Source of the DNA: Haplodiscus bocki
Taxonomy: Eukaryota
Direction of reading: 5' to 3'
NCBI GenBank assembly: GCA_965655095.1
Contig: OZ296649.1
Location: 94,240,001-94,304,000, forward strand
Length of the DNA stretch: 64,000 nt
This document shows positions 23,401 through 38,400 of the stretch, in pieces. Each line of letters begins with the position of its first letter. Position 1 is the first letter of the stretch. Below the pieces are notes generated by a model. It ran no database searches and was not told the origin of the DNA. It worked only from the letters and a program-made list of their open reading frames with translations. Position numbers and translations under genes: made by a program.

Positions 23401-26400
23401 TGTTCAACAGTCATCAATTTTTGCAGCTGGCTCCGCCGAAATGTTTTGACCGTCGAAAGAATTTAACTGTCAAGACCGGCGAAGGAAATTGACAAACGCT
23501 CTGTTCTCTGGATGCCAAAACGTAAATTTTTCCGCTTCTTTTGCCTCGTGCTTCTTGAATGGTCCGGTAATGCTGTCTAATCCTTGAAACATCAAAATTT
23601 GCTCAATTGGTATTTTGGAAAACCTTGTGAGCTTTAGTCTTATGAGCGTTAGCGTATTTTTTTCGGAAAACATTGAAATTCATGATTCTCCGGATTTATC
23701 ACTTTCGAATATGACGCTCTATGTTTTCAAAAGCCCATGAAAGTTGTCTTGTTCAGCCCATGAAATAACCCGTGGTTAGTAGAGGCAGTTTGAGATGAAA
23801 AATTGGTATCTTACCAATTTTTACGGGGCGGAAAAAGTTCAATCATCTGTGTTTTCAAGCAAAGGCTGTTGCCGGAAAAAGAGAGTTTTAGTACCTAACT
23901 GATAAATTCACTGCGGTTGTTTAGTCTTTGTCCAATTGTAAGTGGCACTTTCGAGACTGGAGACGGAGCTGAGTTTGTGAATGGTGTCTGGAAACGAATA
24001 TCTGTGTTGCTTGAAGCCCTGTGATAGATCATTGGCGCTCAAGTTATTCTCAGCTATCAAGTGCACCTTAGCGACGAAGTCACGTACAGCTCCAACATGG
24101 GCGGTTTTGCGTTTTTTGCTTTTTCAAAATTTCTTGGCAGACTTTTAAACAGCTTTAAGATTCGCTTTAACCGCCTATATTAACAAGCCTAGGAGAGATG
24201 TTTGTTCAATTTCTGCAGACACGTGGGCTTCAATACAAAAGAACATATATTACTAGGAATGTCTGGCGAAAACTAATGGTAAACATGGTTTTGTCAGCTG
24301 AAACATTTTGAAATTTCGTAATCTGCAATCTGCAAATTGGTTTTGGAAAGTTAGTCACCCTTTTACTGATTACTCAATGATCGTTTGGACTTCTGTCAAG
24401 TTTAAGTAGTCCTCCAATTTTGAGGTTGACCCTGCCGAAGGTTCTCGGTTCCCGGAAATTTTGGCCGTCTCGACTGGTGGAGGAAAATGATAAACGGTAT
24501 TTTTTCAGTTGGCAATTAAAAAGTTCATTTCAACTCGTGCTTCCTGAATGGTCCATTAAGGTTGTGTAACCGATGAAACAAAAAACGTTACCCCATTGGT
24601 ATTCCGGCGAAAATCTTGAGTTTTGCTTGCCTGATTTTTAGCAAATTCTTTCCGGGGAACCTCGGAATCCACGATTGTCCCGCATTTTCAATTTCAAAAA
24701 CGAGCTTCAAAAGCACAAAAAAGTTCTTTTCTTCAACTCATGAGTTCACTCGTGAATAATGGACGCAAGTTTGGATGAAAACGTGATCTCTTTTTTTTTC
24801 ATTGCCAGGCAAAAACTTCCGCCGTCTCACTTTCTCTCCGAAGAAAACTGTATAACGGAGATTTGGATCTCAATTGCTTCACCTATAACAAGTACATTTG
24901 GGTTTTTTGCCTGCATCACAAGTTCTGTGAGCTCCAAAGCATTTGCAGAGTTTTTATTGAAGCAAAAATTTTTGTATCATTTGTGCTATTGAGGACAGAC
25001 TCTTGTAGGTTTAGGAAAATTTCAATAACTGATTGATAGTTTTTTCGCTTCTTCTTATTCTTCGCACTATTCAAAATAACATTTTTCTAACCGTTGATGC
25101 ATTTGAAACTTTAAGTGTTTTCCTCAAAAAAAATTTTGTTTGGCTCAAAGAAGTCTTGGCAGAATTCAAATTTTCTTGGCACACTTTATATCAGTTTTAG
25201 AATATTTCTGAAAACGGCCTCTATGCCCTAGCTTGGGAGATCTATCGGTGCAGTATTTTTGTAGACCTTGGCGCTAGCCAGCGATGAAATTTTTCACCCA
25301 AAAGATTTTACAAATCAGCATGGTTTTCCTAAAAAGTTCCCAGTAGGTTTGCAAGATTTGCATTAGAAGTTTCTCATAATCTTGTCTTCTTTTTTACTTT
25401 GGCAGCATGTTTGAGCTACCTTTTATGGATGACGGAAAATAGAGTTTTAGGAGTGTCTGCCGATTCGTTTTAAGACAACAGTAGCCAATGGCCATCAATT
25501 GTTCTGTAGTTTTTACTACAGAAGCAAAAAAAAAACTTTATAAATGGTGAATTGCAGCTATTTTGTCTTTTCCAAAGTTGAAAAAGAAAAGAGTGATGAT
25601 ATTTCCAGTTTGTAATTATAACTTCCTCCTTTCTTGCTTGATTCCCACTTTCTGACAATTGGCACGTCTGCAACTGAAATGAAGGGCTGCTAAAACTAAG
25701 AAAGCTGTCTGCAAAAACCTCTATGACTGTAAGCTTGGCTTTACGTTTCTTAGCGCTTACGTTTTTTCAAATTATCTTCACAGATTACGTGGCAACTTAA
25801 AAAAAGATTTTTTACTCGCCTTTATGTCCAAGCCTAAGAAAGGTACCGGTACGAACGTTTCGTGAATATAGCGCAAAACAAGGTCAAAAAGTTGACCGGA
25901 ATGATGTTTGACGGAATTTTTTAGTCAATAGGATGTTAGACGAAACATTTTGAGTATGGTAATCTGCCTAGGCGTTTTCGAAAATAGACACCATAGCACT
26001 AGTTACCTATCAGTCCGATGGACCATCGTTGTGTTTAAGTGGTCGCCCAGATTGATCAACCAAGTCGAATTTTTTGAGCTGCCGAAATTTTTTTCTGTCG
26101 GTTAAGTGGCGAAGAAAGTAGAGAATTAATGTATCATCAGCTGGCAAATGGTAAATTTTTCTACTTGTTTCGTTTCCTGCATACTGAAGTGTCTGGTAAT
26201 GCTGTGTATTCACAAAAAAAAACAAATCCAATTGGTTTTCCGAAAAATGTTTTTGGTTTCTTCGGTGGAGTTTAGGCGTTTTCTTCCGAAGAAGGGTTGA
26301 AATTTGTGATTCCCTGATTTTCTCACTCTCAATTACGAGTCTCAGAGCTTCAGAAACACAAAAAAGCTGTTTAGTCTAACCCATCGCTTCACGCATTCCC

Positions 26401-29400
26401 TTTAATTGCAAGTTAGGTTAAGTGTTCGATTTTTTCGATCCTTTTTTATGGCCTTCATCAATCGTTGTGTGAGTTTCAAAATAGTTAAGGAGTTTTAAAT
26501 ACGCAACAAATTTCCCTGCGTTCTTGTTTTTGTTGACGGAAGGTTGCCGAAAAACGAAAGTTCGAGTTACTAAATGGCTTTCCCTGCCCTTGTTCCTTCT
26601 CCATCTGCTTCCATAAGGCACGTTCAAAATATTGGGGGAAACTAAAAATTTGAATTGTGTCTGGAAACGATTAGCTGCGTAGGTCAAAGCCGTGTGCTAG
26701 GTTCCATATCGCCGATGTTTTATTTTGACGTATCGAACGGACGGAGCCGAGGCACTTGTTGCTCCCGTATGGATGATTTAGGTTTCTTCGTTGTCTGGGG
26801 CTATGAGCAGACTCAGCAAAGCGATGATAGGAACGAAATTGCTTATTGTTCCGCTATGGGTGGTTTCGCCTTTTTTCTTTTGTTTTTTCTTTTTTTCTCT
26901 AGCACGATTTCTAGACATCTAGGGAAATTTTTTCTCAAAATGACTACATTTCAACGCTTGTGAGGAATATCGGTACTGTTTTATCGTGAACTTAGGAGCA
27001 TGACGGAAAAAAACCTTCCAGAGAAAAAATGCCGAGAAAAATTGGGCAATACGGTTCGTTAACCGGAACACTTTAAGTTTTGGTAATCTGCACACTGCGT
27101 TTGTATAGTTAGACGACGTTTCAGTAGTTATCCGTTGGACCAACAAATCGCCACCAGTTTGACGAACTTACCCGTGTTTGAGGTTAACCATGGCGACTTT
27201 TTTCAGCTGGCGAAGTTTTTTCGCCGTCGGTAAACTGGCCAAGAATTTCGAGGAGCGCTGAAATTTTGAGGTGGCGATGGCCTTTTTCCTAGTTTTTTTT
27301 TCAACTCCTTTTTGCTGAACGCTCCAGTGATGCTGTGTAAATCATGAGACAACAAAATTTAGTCCAGTTGGTTTCTCCAAGACCTTTCAGCCTTTTTTTC
27401 GGTTGTAATTAGGCGAAATGTTTCTCGGTAAGACGTTGAATTTCATGACCCTCAGGTTTTTTTTAAATTCGAGCAGGAGACTTTTGAGCTTCAGGAGCAT
27501 ATGTAATCTGCCCGATTCAACCAATTGATTCATGAAATCGCCCATTCGTGCTAATGGTTGGTTGAGTTGTTTTATCGACTTTTCCAAGCTTTTATTCAGG
27601 CAGAATTTTTCCGTTAGCTCACTTTTTCTTGCAAAAAAAAAGATTTTGTAAAGCAGCTTGTGTCTTGACGACTGTTTTACGTAACAGCGGTAACCATTGC
27701 TTTGTAGCCTTCATCAAAACCCCTATGAGTTTCAAAATGCTTTCAGAGTGTTTACATGGGCAACTAACTTTGAGTCATTCTTATTTTTGTAGACGGAATC
27801 TCATCAAAAAAGATTAAAGTCAGCAGCTCCTTGATAGTTTCTTTTGCTCCTGTTCACTTTTCACCCTTTTCTAGACGGCAGTTTTTACCCGGAGACAGAG
27901 TTGAAACTATGAATGGTTTCCCCAGCCAGGTAATTGTGTGGATCGAAGCCCTGTGCTGACTTTTGTGACGGCTTCTGTGTTTTTGAAGAGTCAAGTGGAC
28001 AGAGCAAAACGACAATTGCAACGGAGTTGTCCGTTGTTCAGGCTTGCAGGGTTTCGCGCTTTCTGTCTCTTTTGTTCTTTGAATCATGAAGCAGACGGAG
28101 TGAATTGTCTGTAGTGACGAAATTGTTCGAATTTTGTTCCACTACGGGTGGTTTTATGTCTTATTTCTTGGCTCAATTTTGTGACAATTTTGAAAAACTT
28201 TTATGAGCGCCTATATGTTTGAGCATTTGGGGGTCCCTGTAGAACTTTCTTGAACATATCATTGGAAAACGAGGGTAAAATAACTAGGCAATAAAATTTG
28301 CTGAAATTTTTAAACCTACTTGGTTTCTCAACAAAAACATTTGGAAATTTGGGAACCTTTTCACTTCGTTTCTAAAAACTTCCTTACAAAGTACCTTTTG
28401 ATCAACCTTTCTCGTGTTTAAATAGTCGCCCGTAGATGTAGTTGACTATGCTGTCGGAGAAAAAGACGAAGAATTTGAAAAAAGTTGTTTTCTCAGATGG
28501 AAAGTCAAATCTTTTTTCTACTTTTTCCGGCTCCTGTTTATTCTATGTCCCAGTATTGCTGTCTAATCCATGAAACAGCAAGAAGTAGTTCAATTGGTCA
28601 TTCGCCTATGTTTTTCGTTTTTTGGCTGTTTTTTGAGGACTTTTTTGGGGAAAAACGTTGAAACTCATCATTCGCTAGCCTTTTCCATTCCGAATACGAC
28701 AATTTAGATTTTCGAGAGCTACGAAACGCTCTTTTATTCAGCTCCTTCCTCCATTCCTTGTTAAAAGAAGGCGAATCAGGAGGAAAAACAAATATTTTCT
28801 CAGCTGTTATTTAGACGGAAATTGTACGCTGTTTCGTTTTTTCTCCCAAAGGAAAATGTTTTTAACTTAGCTTAGATCCAGATTCTTTTGCCTAACAATA
28901 ATACATACGGCTTTGTGGCCTGCATCAGAGGTTGTGTGGGTTTCAAAACAATTGCAGCGTTTTCACAAAGGCATCAGATTTTGATTCATTTGATTTTTTA
29001 AGGGCGTAATGTCGTCGAAGGAAGAACATTTTAGCAACGAATTGATACTTCCTCTGCGCTTGTTTCTTAGTTTATTGTACGTCCTATTTCACTTGTCAGT
29101 TTTTCAACTGGAGAAAATCTATGATTGGTGTCTGGAAACAAGTATGTGTGGGGCTCGAAGCCATGAACTAAGTTTTTTAGCGACTATGCTTTCTTGAGTT
29201 TTGGAACGGAGGGAGCAAAGAGACAGTAACGATGAAATCGCCGATGGCTTCAATATGGTTGACTCAGCGGTTTCTTTTGATTCTCAAGCCTTCGAGTAGA
29301 CGAAGCGAAGAAACCCTATCGACAAAATTGCTTAATATCCGAGTTTTGTTGATTTCGCATTTTTGTTTATTTTTTCCTTGACTTTCATAATCTTTTTCGC

Positions 29401-32400
29401 ACGAGTCCATGATATCTCAGACTTTTAAAACTTCATCTCAGAACCCAAGAAAATTATCAGTCCAGTTTTTTTGTTGACCCTAGAAAAGGACACAGAAAAA
29501 AAATTGTGGGAGATTTTTTCCGAAAAAATTCGGCCGACCTTGTTTTTTCAGCCAAAGCACATTGATTTCGCGACTTTTATGAGATTGTTCAATAATTTCA
29601 TTAGTGAAAAAAATCTCCAAAGCCATTTAGTGTATCGTGAACCAAGTTAACTATAACTATAGTTTTTTGCAGGAAAATTTCCTGAAAGTTTATTGAATTT
29701 TTCGTCAACAAGCTTTTTTCCGCAGAATGCTTTTGAAATTGTGCATTTTTACGCAAAATTGCGGTACTTTTGTACTCAAAAGTTTTCTTCCAGAAAAGTG
29801 CGTGGCTTGGTATGTCAAGTGAAAGTTGTTCGTGATCTCAGATTGTCTGTTTTTTGATCCATTGTCGAAAAGTTTTCAGCCATATAAACATGGTCAAAAA
29901 CCGGAATATTGTTGTTACAGACATTTTTAAATCGTCCCGAGAACTTTCTTCTCATGCCTAAATCTCAGAGCTCAGAGCTTATTTCATTCACTGGTTTTCT
30001 TACAGTCAACTTGACAAAGGTCAAAAGTTTTTTGCAGCGCAACCAACTTTCCTCGAAGAAAAATTTTTTGGCGGAGATGGTTGGATTTTAGGTGTCTAAC
30101 TTCCGAACATATTATTTGTCAGATGTGAAACTACTTACTCCACATTCAAACCTACCCCATTTTTTGCGGTATATGACAATTGTTTTGACTCTATAGTTTG
30201 CATGGGTGTTTTTTGCATCAAATGATTGGCCATAGATTTCAAAAAGTTGGTGTTTTTCTGAAAAAAAAAGTTTTTGGTTTGTAACTTGTAACTTTAAAGT
30301 AGCAAATTTTGAGGCATCAGAAGCACCACCAAAGTGTCCAGTTTTTTTCACTATCTTTTCTGATCCAATTTCCGAAAATAGACTGCAAATGGAACTTGTC
30401 CATCTTTTCTACCATTGGGGAAAAATCGTGTTGCCTTTGGACATTTGATTTTTTTCAAATTTCAAAAGCTTCGAATTACGCAAGTTCTGGTAACTAAAAG
30501 AAACTTTCTACTTTCTCGCTTCCTATACCATTTAACAAAATTCGAACTGAAGTGAAAAGCATCTGATACTGAAAAATTGTCTGCAAAAAAACTTTCTGTG
30601 TGGCTCGACGCCGTGCGCCAAGTTTCCTAGCACCCAGGTTTTTTATATTTTCTTCGCAGTTTTCTCGGGAACTCAGAATATATTTTAACGACTGCTTCCG
30701 TCTTCGAGCTTAGGATGAACTTTGCGGATTTTTTGCGTCGAGCTATGTTCAAGATGGGGAGAAAGTTTTTGCCAGAAACTTCTACCATATTTTTTCGGCC
30801 GTTATGAATTTTTAGCCGAAACTTTTTGAAACTCTGTGAGCTTAGGCGTAAATCCGGTGCCCTTGGACTGAGATGTACCACTCGAAGAGCATGCTTAGCT
30901 TGGCGTACCAAGTAAATGCTGTTTGTGATCCCACTTTTACCATGTATTGAGCTTTTGCTTGCGTCGAAAGTCTTTCGGCTCAACAAAAATGGTCAGAAAA
31001 CCTGACAAATGTTGATTTTTGCGCAATATTTTTCAAAACAATAAGGAAATTTTTGAAACACAATATCGCACGTCCTATTCAATCAATTGCTTCAATTTTT
31101 TCACCGGTTGGGTGGCCAGAAGAGAAAGTTTTCTTTTCGCGTTGTAAAAACTGCCAATTTGTTTTTTCGGCGCGGAAACGTGACGTTCTAGGCCTGGGAA
31201 TTGCAATTTTTCCAGCATGCAGATTTGTGAGTAGTTCCTCTACTTTCTAGTTTGCATTCTTGGTTGCAACTTTTGACGACTATGCTGTCTCAGTTCTTTT
31301 GCGTCGGTGTTCTACGCTTCACCTGAATGTTAAATCTGTCCGAAAAGGTGTTTTTTGGTGAAAAAAAACTTTTTCTTCTTTGACTTCAAAGTACTGCAAC
31401 TAAAATCTTGAGAAGTACCAAAAGTGGATCTGACATCACGCAGATTTGCCTCATTTGTTTGCAACTTCCACATTAGGACTATAAAATAGAACTTTCCACA
31501 ATTGAGCCGGCCTTTTCTGTACGGGAACATGATTTTAAGGGAGTTGATCGGTCACTCCGACGACACCTTTACTTGCCAACAGCAGCTACGACAGTTTCAA
31601 ACTACGAAAGCTCCTCCTCCTAAATGAAAAGTTCTCCTTTCTAGATTGATTGCCATCCAATTGCTATCTCGCAGATTTCCAACTGGAGGCAAAGGTGGCT
31701 GACTTTGACAAAACAGTCTGCAAAACGCTATGTGGCTCGAAGCCGCGAGTTAGGTTTCTTAGCGCCTATCGTCTTTTAAGTCTTCTTCACATATTTCCTG
31801 ACAACTTATTATGTCTCTTTTCGTTCCTTCACTTAGATGCCTGGGAGTGGTATTGGTACCGTTTTTTCATAAACCTAGTCGCAAAGCAAGGGGAAAAGTT
31901 AGCTGCAAAAATATTGCCGGAAATTTTGGGTCAACATGATTTTTTAACGAAAACATTCTGGCTCTGGTATCTTTTGCAATGCGTTTCTGAATCTCGACTC
32001 CTTTTTACTAGTTGTTTTTTTAGTTCATAAAACCGACGCTTTGTTCAAGATTTTGCTCGTGGTTTCAATCAACCACGCCGATTCTTTCCAGCTGGCAAAA
32101 TTTTTCCATGCCGGTTAATTGGAGAAGGAATTTGAGAAACGCTGTATTTTTTTCAGATGGCAAGTAGTAAGTATTTCTTCTTTTTCGGGCTGCTGCTTGC
32201 AGAATTATCCATTTAAAAAGTATCTAGTCTATTTAAGGAAAAACATTTAGTTAAGTTGGTAGTTTGGCGGAAAGTTTCGGCTGTTCTTTTGACTGAGGTT
32301 TAGGGACTTGGTTTTCGGTAGAACGATGCAATTCATGATTTCCGGGATAGTTTAATTTCATATATGACACTTCTGAGCATTGAAAGCTCATAAAAAGTGG

Positions 32401-35400
32401 CTGATTTGGCCATGACCTCATCTATTTTTGTCGATTGTGAGTTGAGTTGAGCTGATTTTTTGGTTTCTGGGAGCCCTTACATAAACAAAAATTTTCCGCT
32501 GGCTGCCATCTTCTCCCAAAAAACATTTTTCACGTAGCTTGTATCTCGTCGACTGTTCTGACATGGCTTTGTGGTTTTGACCACAGGTTCAACTAGTTCA
32601 AAACTTTTGCAAAATTTAATATAGCCAATAATTTTCGATTCGTTTCTGTCTTTGTTGACAGAATCTTTCCCATAAGAAAGAAATTTTCAGTGATGAAATG
32701 TTTTTTTGCTCCTGTTTACTTTTCGTTCAGTTCCAAATGGCAGTTTTTTAACTGGAGATGAAGCTGAAACTTTGAAAACTGGTTGGAAACCAGTACATGT
32801 GCAACTCGAAGCCCTGTGCGACGTTTCTCAAGGCTTTGTTTTTCTTATTCTTCGATGGGATGGAGCGAAGCGACGACTGCAACGGAGTTGTCGATTGCTG
32901 TAGCGTGGGTGGTTTTGAGCTGTTTTTTTTGTCCTATGGAGCATCAAACGGACAGGACAGGGTGACTGTGGTGACGAATTTGTTTATCTTTTGCTCAAGT
33001 ATGGGTCACTTAGCAGCTTCTTTTGCTTCTAGGGGTTTCAAGTGGACGGAGGGAAACGATGGCAGCTTCAAATTTCACAATCGTTCCAGCTTTTTTTGCT
33101 CGAATTTTTTCTCAACTTTCGTGACTTCTTCAGATAACTTTCTTCAGAGACTTTATCTATGAGCCTACGAGGGACTCGATACAAAATATTTTCCTACACC
33201 CAGCCTTCAGACACGGAAAAAAACTTTCCGGAGATATTCGTTGCAAATTGTTGGGCAAACATGGTTTTTTTAAATCCAACTATTTCGAACTTTGTTTAAA
33301 CGCCCATAGCATTTGAAAAGTTTGATGATTTTCACTAGCTACCCATTGGTCCAAGGGACTGCATCGTTTTTAAAAAGTTGACCGAAGATATACTAATGTC
33401 AGTTGAATATTTTCAGCCACTGAAGGTCTTCCGTTGCCAAATAGCTGGCCAAACGATTTGACAGACACTGTTTTCTTAACAGTCGAGTGATATTTCCTTC
33501 TACTTTTCTAGACTCAAGCTGACTGAATCGACTAAAATTTCTGTCTTACCAATAAAACAACATAACCAAGGTCATTTGATAATTTAGCGAATCCTTCCAG
33601 CTTCTTTAGGCTATTCCTGACTGACTTTTGGCAAAAAAACCATTCGGCTTCTCCGCAGATATCTTGACCAATGCAGATTTTTTTTGAAAATGCTCATGTT
33701 TCCAATCTGAGGTAAAGTATTTGTACCTTTTTCAAAAACAGCCACGCCAAAGACATAGTCAAAACTTCGCAGAAAAAGTTACAGTAAAACTTCTGGATCG
33801 TACGGTTTTTTCAGCCGCCACCTTTTGAAACTTCGCCATTTCACGTCCACTTTTGATACTTTTGGAACGAAACATCCTTCGCCTAGACGCTTTAAAGTTT
33901 TGTGTGCCCAGTAGTTTTTCTGTACGTTTAGTTGAGGAAGTTTATAAACGTTTTTTCGAAGTGATTGTACCAACGTGGTTTTTCCTCACGAACATTTTGA
34001 AATTGTTCTTTTTATGCACATCTTCGGTAACTGCACTCAAAAGTCACTTTCCAAGTTTATAGTTTGGAGTACCACCCAATAGTTGTCCGTTTTTCGATCT
34101 TTTCTTTGCTCAGTTTTTCTGAGCCCTGCAAAATTTGGTTGAAATGTCCGACATAGGATTTTTCCGCAGAACATTCTAAATTTCCCGGAAATGATTTCCT
34201 GCACGCCGAAATCTCAGAGCCTATTCGATGTACCAGTTTTTTTTCACAAGCACCCTGGCATGACTCGGAAGTTTCCTTGACTGAAACATCTTTTCGTCAA
34301 CGTGTTGTTTTCGGCGGGGAAGTTCAGTTTTTTAGGTGTATTTTTTCCGATTATCGTACTTCTCAGATGTGTAAGACATTCTAACTTGCATTCCTTGTTG
34401 CGTTGTTTGATGATAATATTAACCCAATGTTTTTCTGTGTGTTCTAATCCTCAACTGGATAGTTGAACAGTTTGCAAAAAAAGTTTTTGGCGCTAAAACT
34501 GATTTCTTTGAACGTGACTTCGAACTAGCGCATTTTGAGGCTTGAAACCACCATCAAGCCGTCCAAAATGTCCCTGATTTTGCTCTAGTGTTTAAATTTC
34601 TGGGGAAACACTTCCAAACTCCATATTGAAACTGTTTGCGTGTTCTGATTAGGCAAAAAAACTGCATTGGTTTCGTGCACTTGTGTTTTTCAAATTTGAG
34701 AAACGTCGAATTACGAAAGTTACAGTAACTAAACGAAACATTCTCCCTTCTCGATTGATTCGCTTCCTATGCCATTTGGAAGGTTTTCAACTGAAGTGAA
34801 AGGTATCCGATACTGAGAAAGCAGTCTGTAAAAGACCAAGTGTGTAGCTCGAAGCCTTACTCTAAGTATCTTAACGTATGTGCTTTCTTTATTTTCTTCG
34901 CAGATATAGTGGCAACCTCAGAAAACCTATTGTTCACATTCCGCTAATTTCAAAACACACCATGGGTATACTTCAAGTTTTTCCTGAGGTTCACCTGTAA
35001 GACAAGAATGATTTTTTTGCCCGAGTCCTTTTCCATTAACTTTTGGCCAACATGGTTTCTCCATTTGAAACATTTTGCAATTTCATAATTAGCCTAATTG
35101 AGCCAAAAAGTTTGACGCCGTTCAACTAATCACCATTGGCCAATGGTCTATCACCGTAATATAGGTATTCGCCAGAAGTCGTAGCAGACTTGGGCATGTG
35201 TAATCGACTGCCAAATATTTTGTGCTGGCTGCCGGAGTACTGTCGAAAGAATATTGTGAAACGACTTTCTTTCACAGACCAATATGTACGTTTTTAACAA
35301 CTTTCTGTGCTAATACTGATGATTGGTCTACTGAAACTAGCTGAACAGAAACAACAATTAAGCTTAGTTTGTTCGATCGTGGCCATGGATGTTTGACAAA

Positions 35401-38400
35401 TTTTCAGTTTTTCGGTTTACTTTTGGCAAAAATACTCTCGGAAAATTGAAGAATTTCAAAACCAACCCAATTTTTCACTATCGAAACCAACAATTTGCAG
35501 CCACAAAAAGAAGACTGAGGACCTCTAGGTCAGTTCCTATTTTCGGCTATGGTTTACGGAAGTTTCTTCGAATGCAATATTGAACAATTGTGAGTTTTTA
35601 CAAAAACAATGTTTTTCCGCCAGGTCCGATTTTCGCTCGAAAACAAATTTATTGGAGGATAGCATGTATCTCAAACGTCAAAGGGAACAACACAATCCAT
35701 GGGTGTGTCGGGTTCATCACAGGATGCCAGAGTTTTGAAGCAAATACACAGTCTTTACATAGGTAACAAATTTTTATTCAGTCCTTTTTTTTACATCAGC
35801 AATGTTTTCGATGAAGCAAAAAGTCAGTAACTAAAGGAGAAACTTTTTTCTATATTTCATTTTCTTCCAACTCCAAAGAGAAGTTCTTCGAAAAGGGTAA
35901 AAGTCAGGAACAATTATTGACGTCTGAGAGCTATTATGTCAGTGGCTCGAAGACAGGCGCATAGTTTCTCGGCGCCTAATTTTCTTCTTTGTAGTTCTAG
36001 TTTTCGAGTTACATCCAGAAGAATTCTCCTCTGAAACCTTTTGTCTTACTGCCTAGGAGAGGTATTGCTACCATTTTCTCACGGAATGAGCTACAGGACA
36101 AGGGCCAAACATTTGCCGCAAAAAAAATTGCCTGAAGACTTTGGCCGACAATGGTTTTTTGCAGAGGCCTTCCGATTTTTGTCTTTGTGCTAACTGCGTT
36201 TAGAAAATTTGACACCCTTCCACTACTAACCCATTGGTGCAACGTGCTTCCAATAGACAAAAAAGTAATGTGAGGTTGCAGATGACCATGCCGAAAACTA
36301 TCGGCTAACGAAACCTTTTCGCCTATGAAGAACTTTCGTAAAAAACTGAGAAACACAGTTTCCTCGAAGAGCAAGTGGGCACTTCTTCTTTATTTCTGCG
36401 CTAATGCTTACCAAATGGGTTAAAATTCCATTCTAATCCGTGAAACAACAGGAATTAGTTCATATGACAATTTGCCGCAAAAATTATGCATATTTTGTGT
36501 TTTTTTGATGAGTCTCGTCAAAAACTTTTTCTGAAATTTTGTACCTTTCGTGAAACATTCAGAAAGTGTTACTCAAACAACCTAATCTCTGAACCTAAGA
36601 AAAGTATCGATACTTTTGCTTCATAAACCTAAAGACATGACAAGGGCAAATATCTGTTCCAAGACGTGTTTCCGAAGTTTTTCAGTTAACATGATTTCCT
36701 TAGCCAAAATTTCTTGAAATAGGCTAAACTTAAGCGTAAATTCGGTTCTTCTGCACTCAAGTGCGCTTCTCCAAGAGCATGTTTAACCAGGTGTACCAAA
36801 TATTTGCTGTTTTTGATCACACAATCACTATTTTTGACCTATTAAATGTGTCAGAAATGTTTCCGCCTAGGACAAAATTGTCAAAATGCCTTACTACAAT
36901 TTTTCTTATCGAGTTTTCACACCACCGGAAACTTTCCTTCGAATGCCCATATCTCAAAACTTACTGAGTTTTTTTCACAGGCACTGCGGCATGACTTGAA
37001 ATTGTATTTAGATTGTAGAAACCGCACCAAATTTTTTTGGCGGAGAAACAATATTTTTGGTTATGTGACATGCGATTTTCGTACCTTGCAGATACGTGAG
37101 TACTTCCTGTACAGTCTAGCTTGTTTCCCTAGGATGCACCATTTTTTTAACTATCTGTCTCATTTCTTCTGGAAGGGTGTTGCACGCGTCAACTGAATTG
37201 TCGGACAGTTCGAGGAGCTGTTTTGGCGAAAGAAATGATTTTCCTTTGTTTGTGATTTTCAAGTGGAGCACTTTGAGGCTTGCACTCCAAATTACTCCTG
37301 AAGATCCTCAACCGCTTGCATTTTGGAAAGAACGTTTTGTGAGAAAATTGTCTACGCTTTCTAAGTCGGTGAGACAAAATTGCCCTGGTGTTATGCAGTT
37401 ATGCTTTTGAAATTTGAGATTTTTCAAATTAATTAGGTTCCACTGACTGAACAAAAAATGGTTTTCTAGTTTGATTCAAATCTTTTGCCATTTTTTTTGG
37501 TTTTCAACCGAACTGAAAAGTAGCTGATATTGACAAAGCACTCTTTACAAGGATTTTTGTGTAGCTCGTAGACGTGCGCTAAGTTTCTTGGCACCTATAT
37601 ATCATTGATTTTTCTGCAGTTTTCGTGACAGTTTCAGAAAATTCTTCAGTTACATACCTGTATCAGCCAACCTTCGAACGATGTCGGTAGACTGGAAAAA
37701 AGTATCTGATACTTCCAAAAAATTGAAAAATGGAAAAAATCTGGAATGTTTTTCCGGTAACAATTGGCCAACTGGTTTCTTCAGCCCAAGTTCATCGAAA
37801 TTGCGTAATCTGCCGACTGCGTTGACAAAATTTGACTTACTATTACTAGCAACCACTTATCCGATGTACTTTCACTCTAAGTTAACTAGTCCACCAATAT
37901 TTTGGATGACATCGCCCAAACTTTTGGATGCTACAAAAATCGATGGTTGAAAAACTGGCAAAGAAAAATGAGAAACGATATTTTTTCTTGGAGAATGTTG
38001 TACTGTTTTACCATTTCCTTCCACTCATGCTGACTGCATTGTCTATCCAATTCACGAACGGACAAAGATTAATTTTTCCGATGAATCGCTGAAAATTTTG
38101 CTTTTTCGGTTGAGTTCTAGCGAAGTTCTTCTCGGAAAAATATTGAATTTCAACCAAATCTCAAACTTTCACTTTCGAAAACAAAATCTTGGAGCAACAA
38201 AGGTAGACCGAAGACGCCATGTTTGGCCCCCGTTTTCACCCACGGTTTGTGGAGGTCCTTTGGAAAGGCAAAAAAAGCTTCTTTAAACTTTCACAAAGGA
38301 GAAATATTTCAGCCAGCTCGTTTTTTCTATCAAAAACTACAATATAGGAGCGTGGCTTAAATCTAGACTTTTATAGCGAAAAACAAGAAACAGAGCATTG

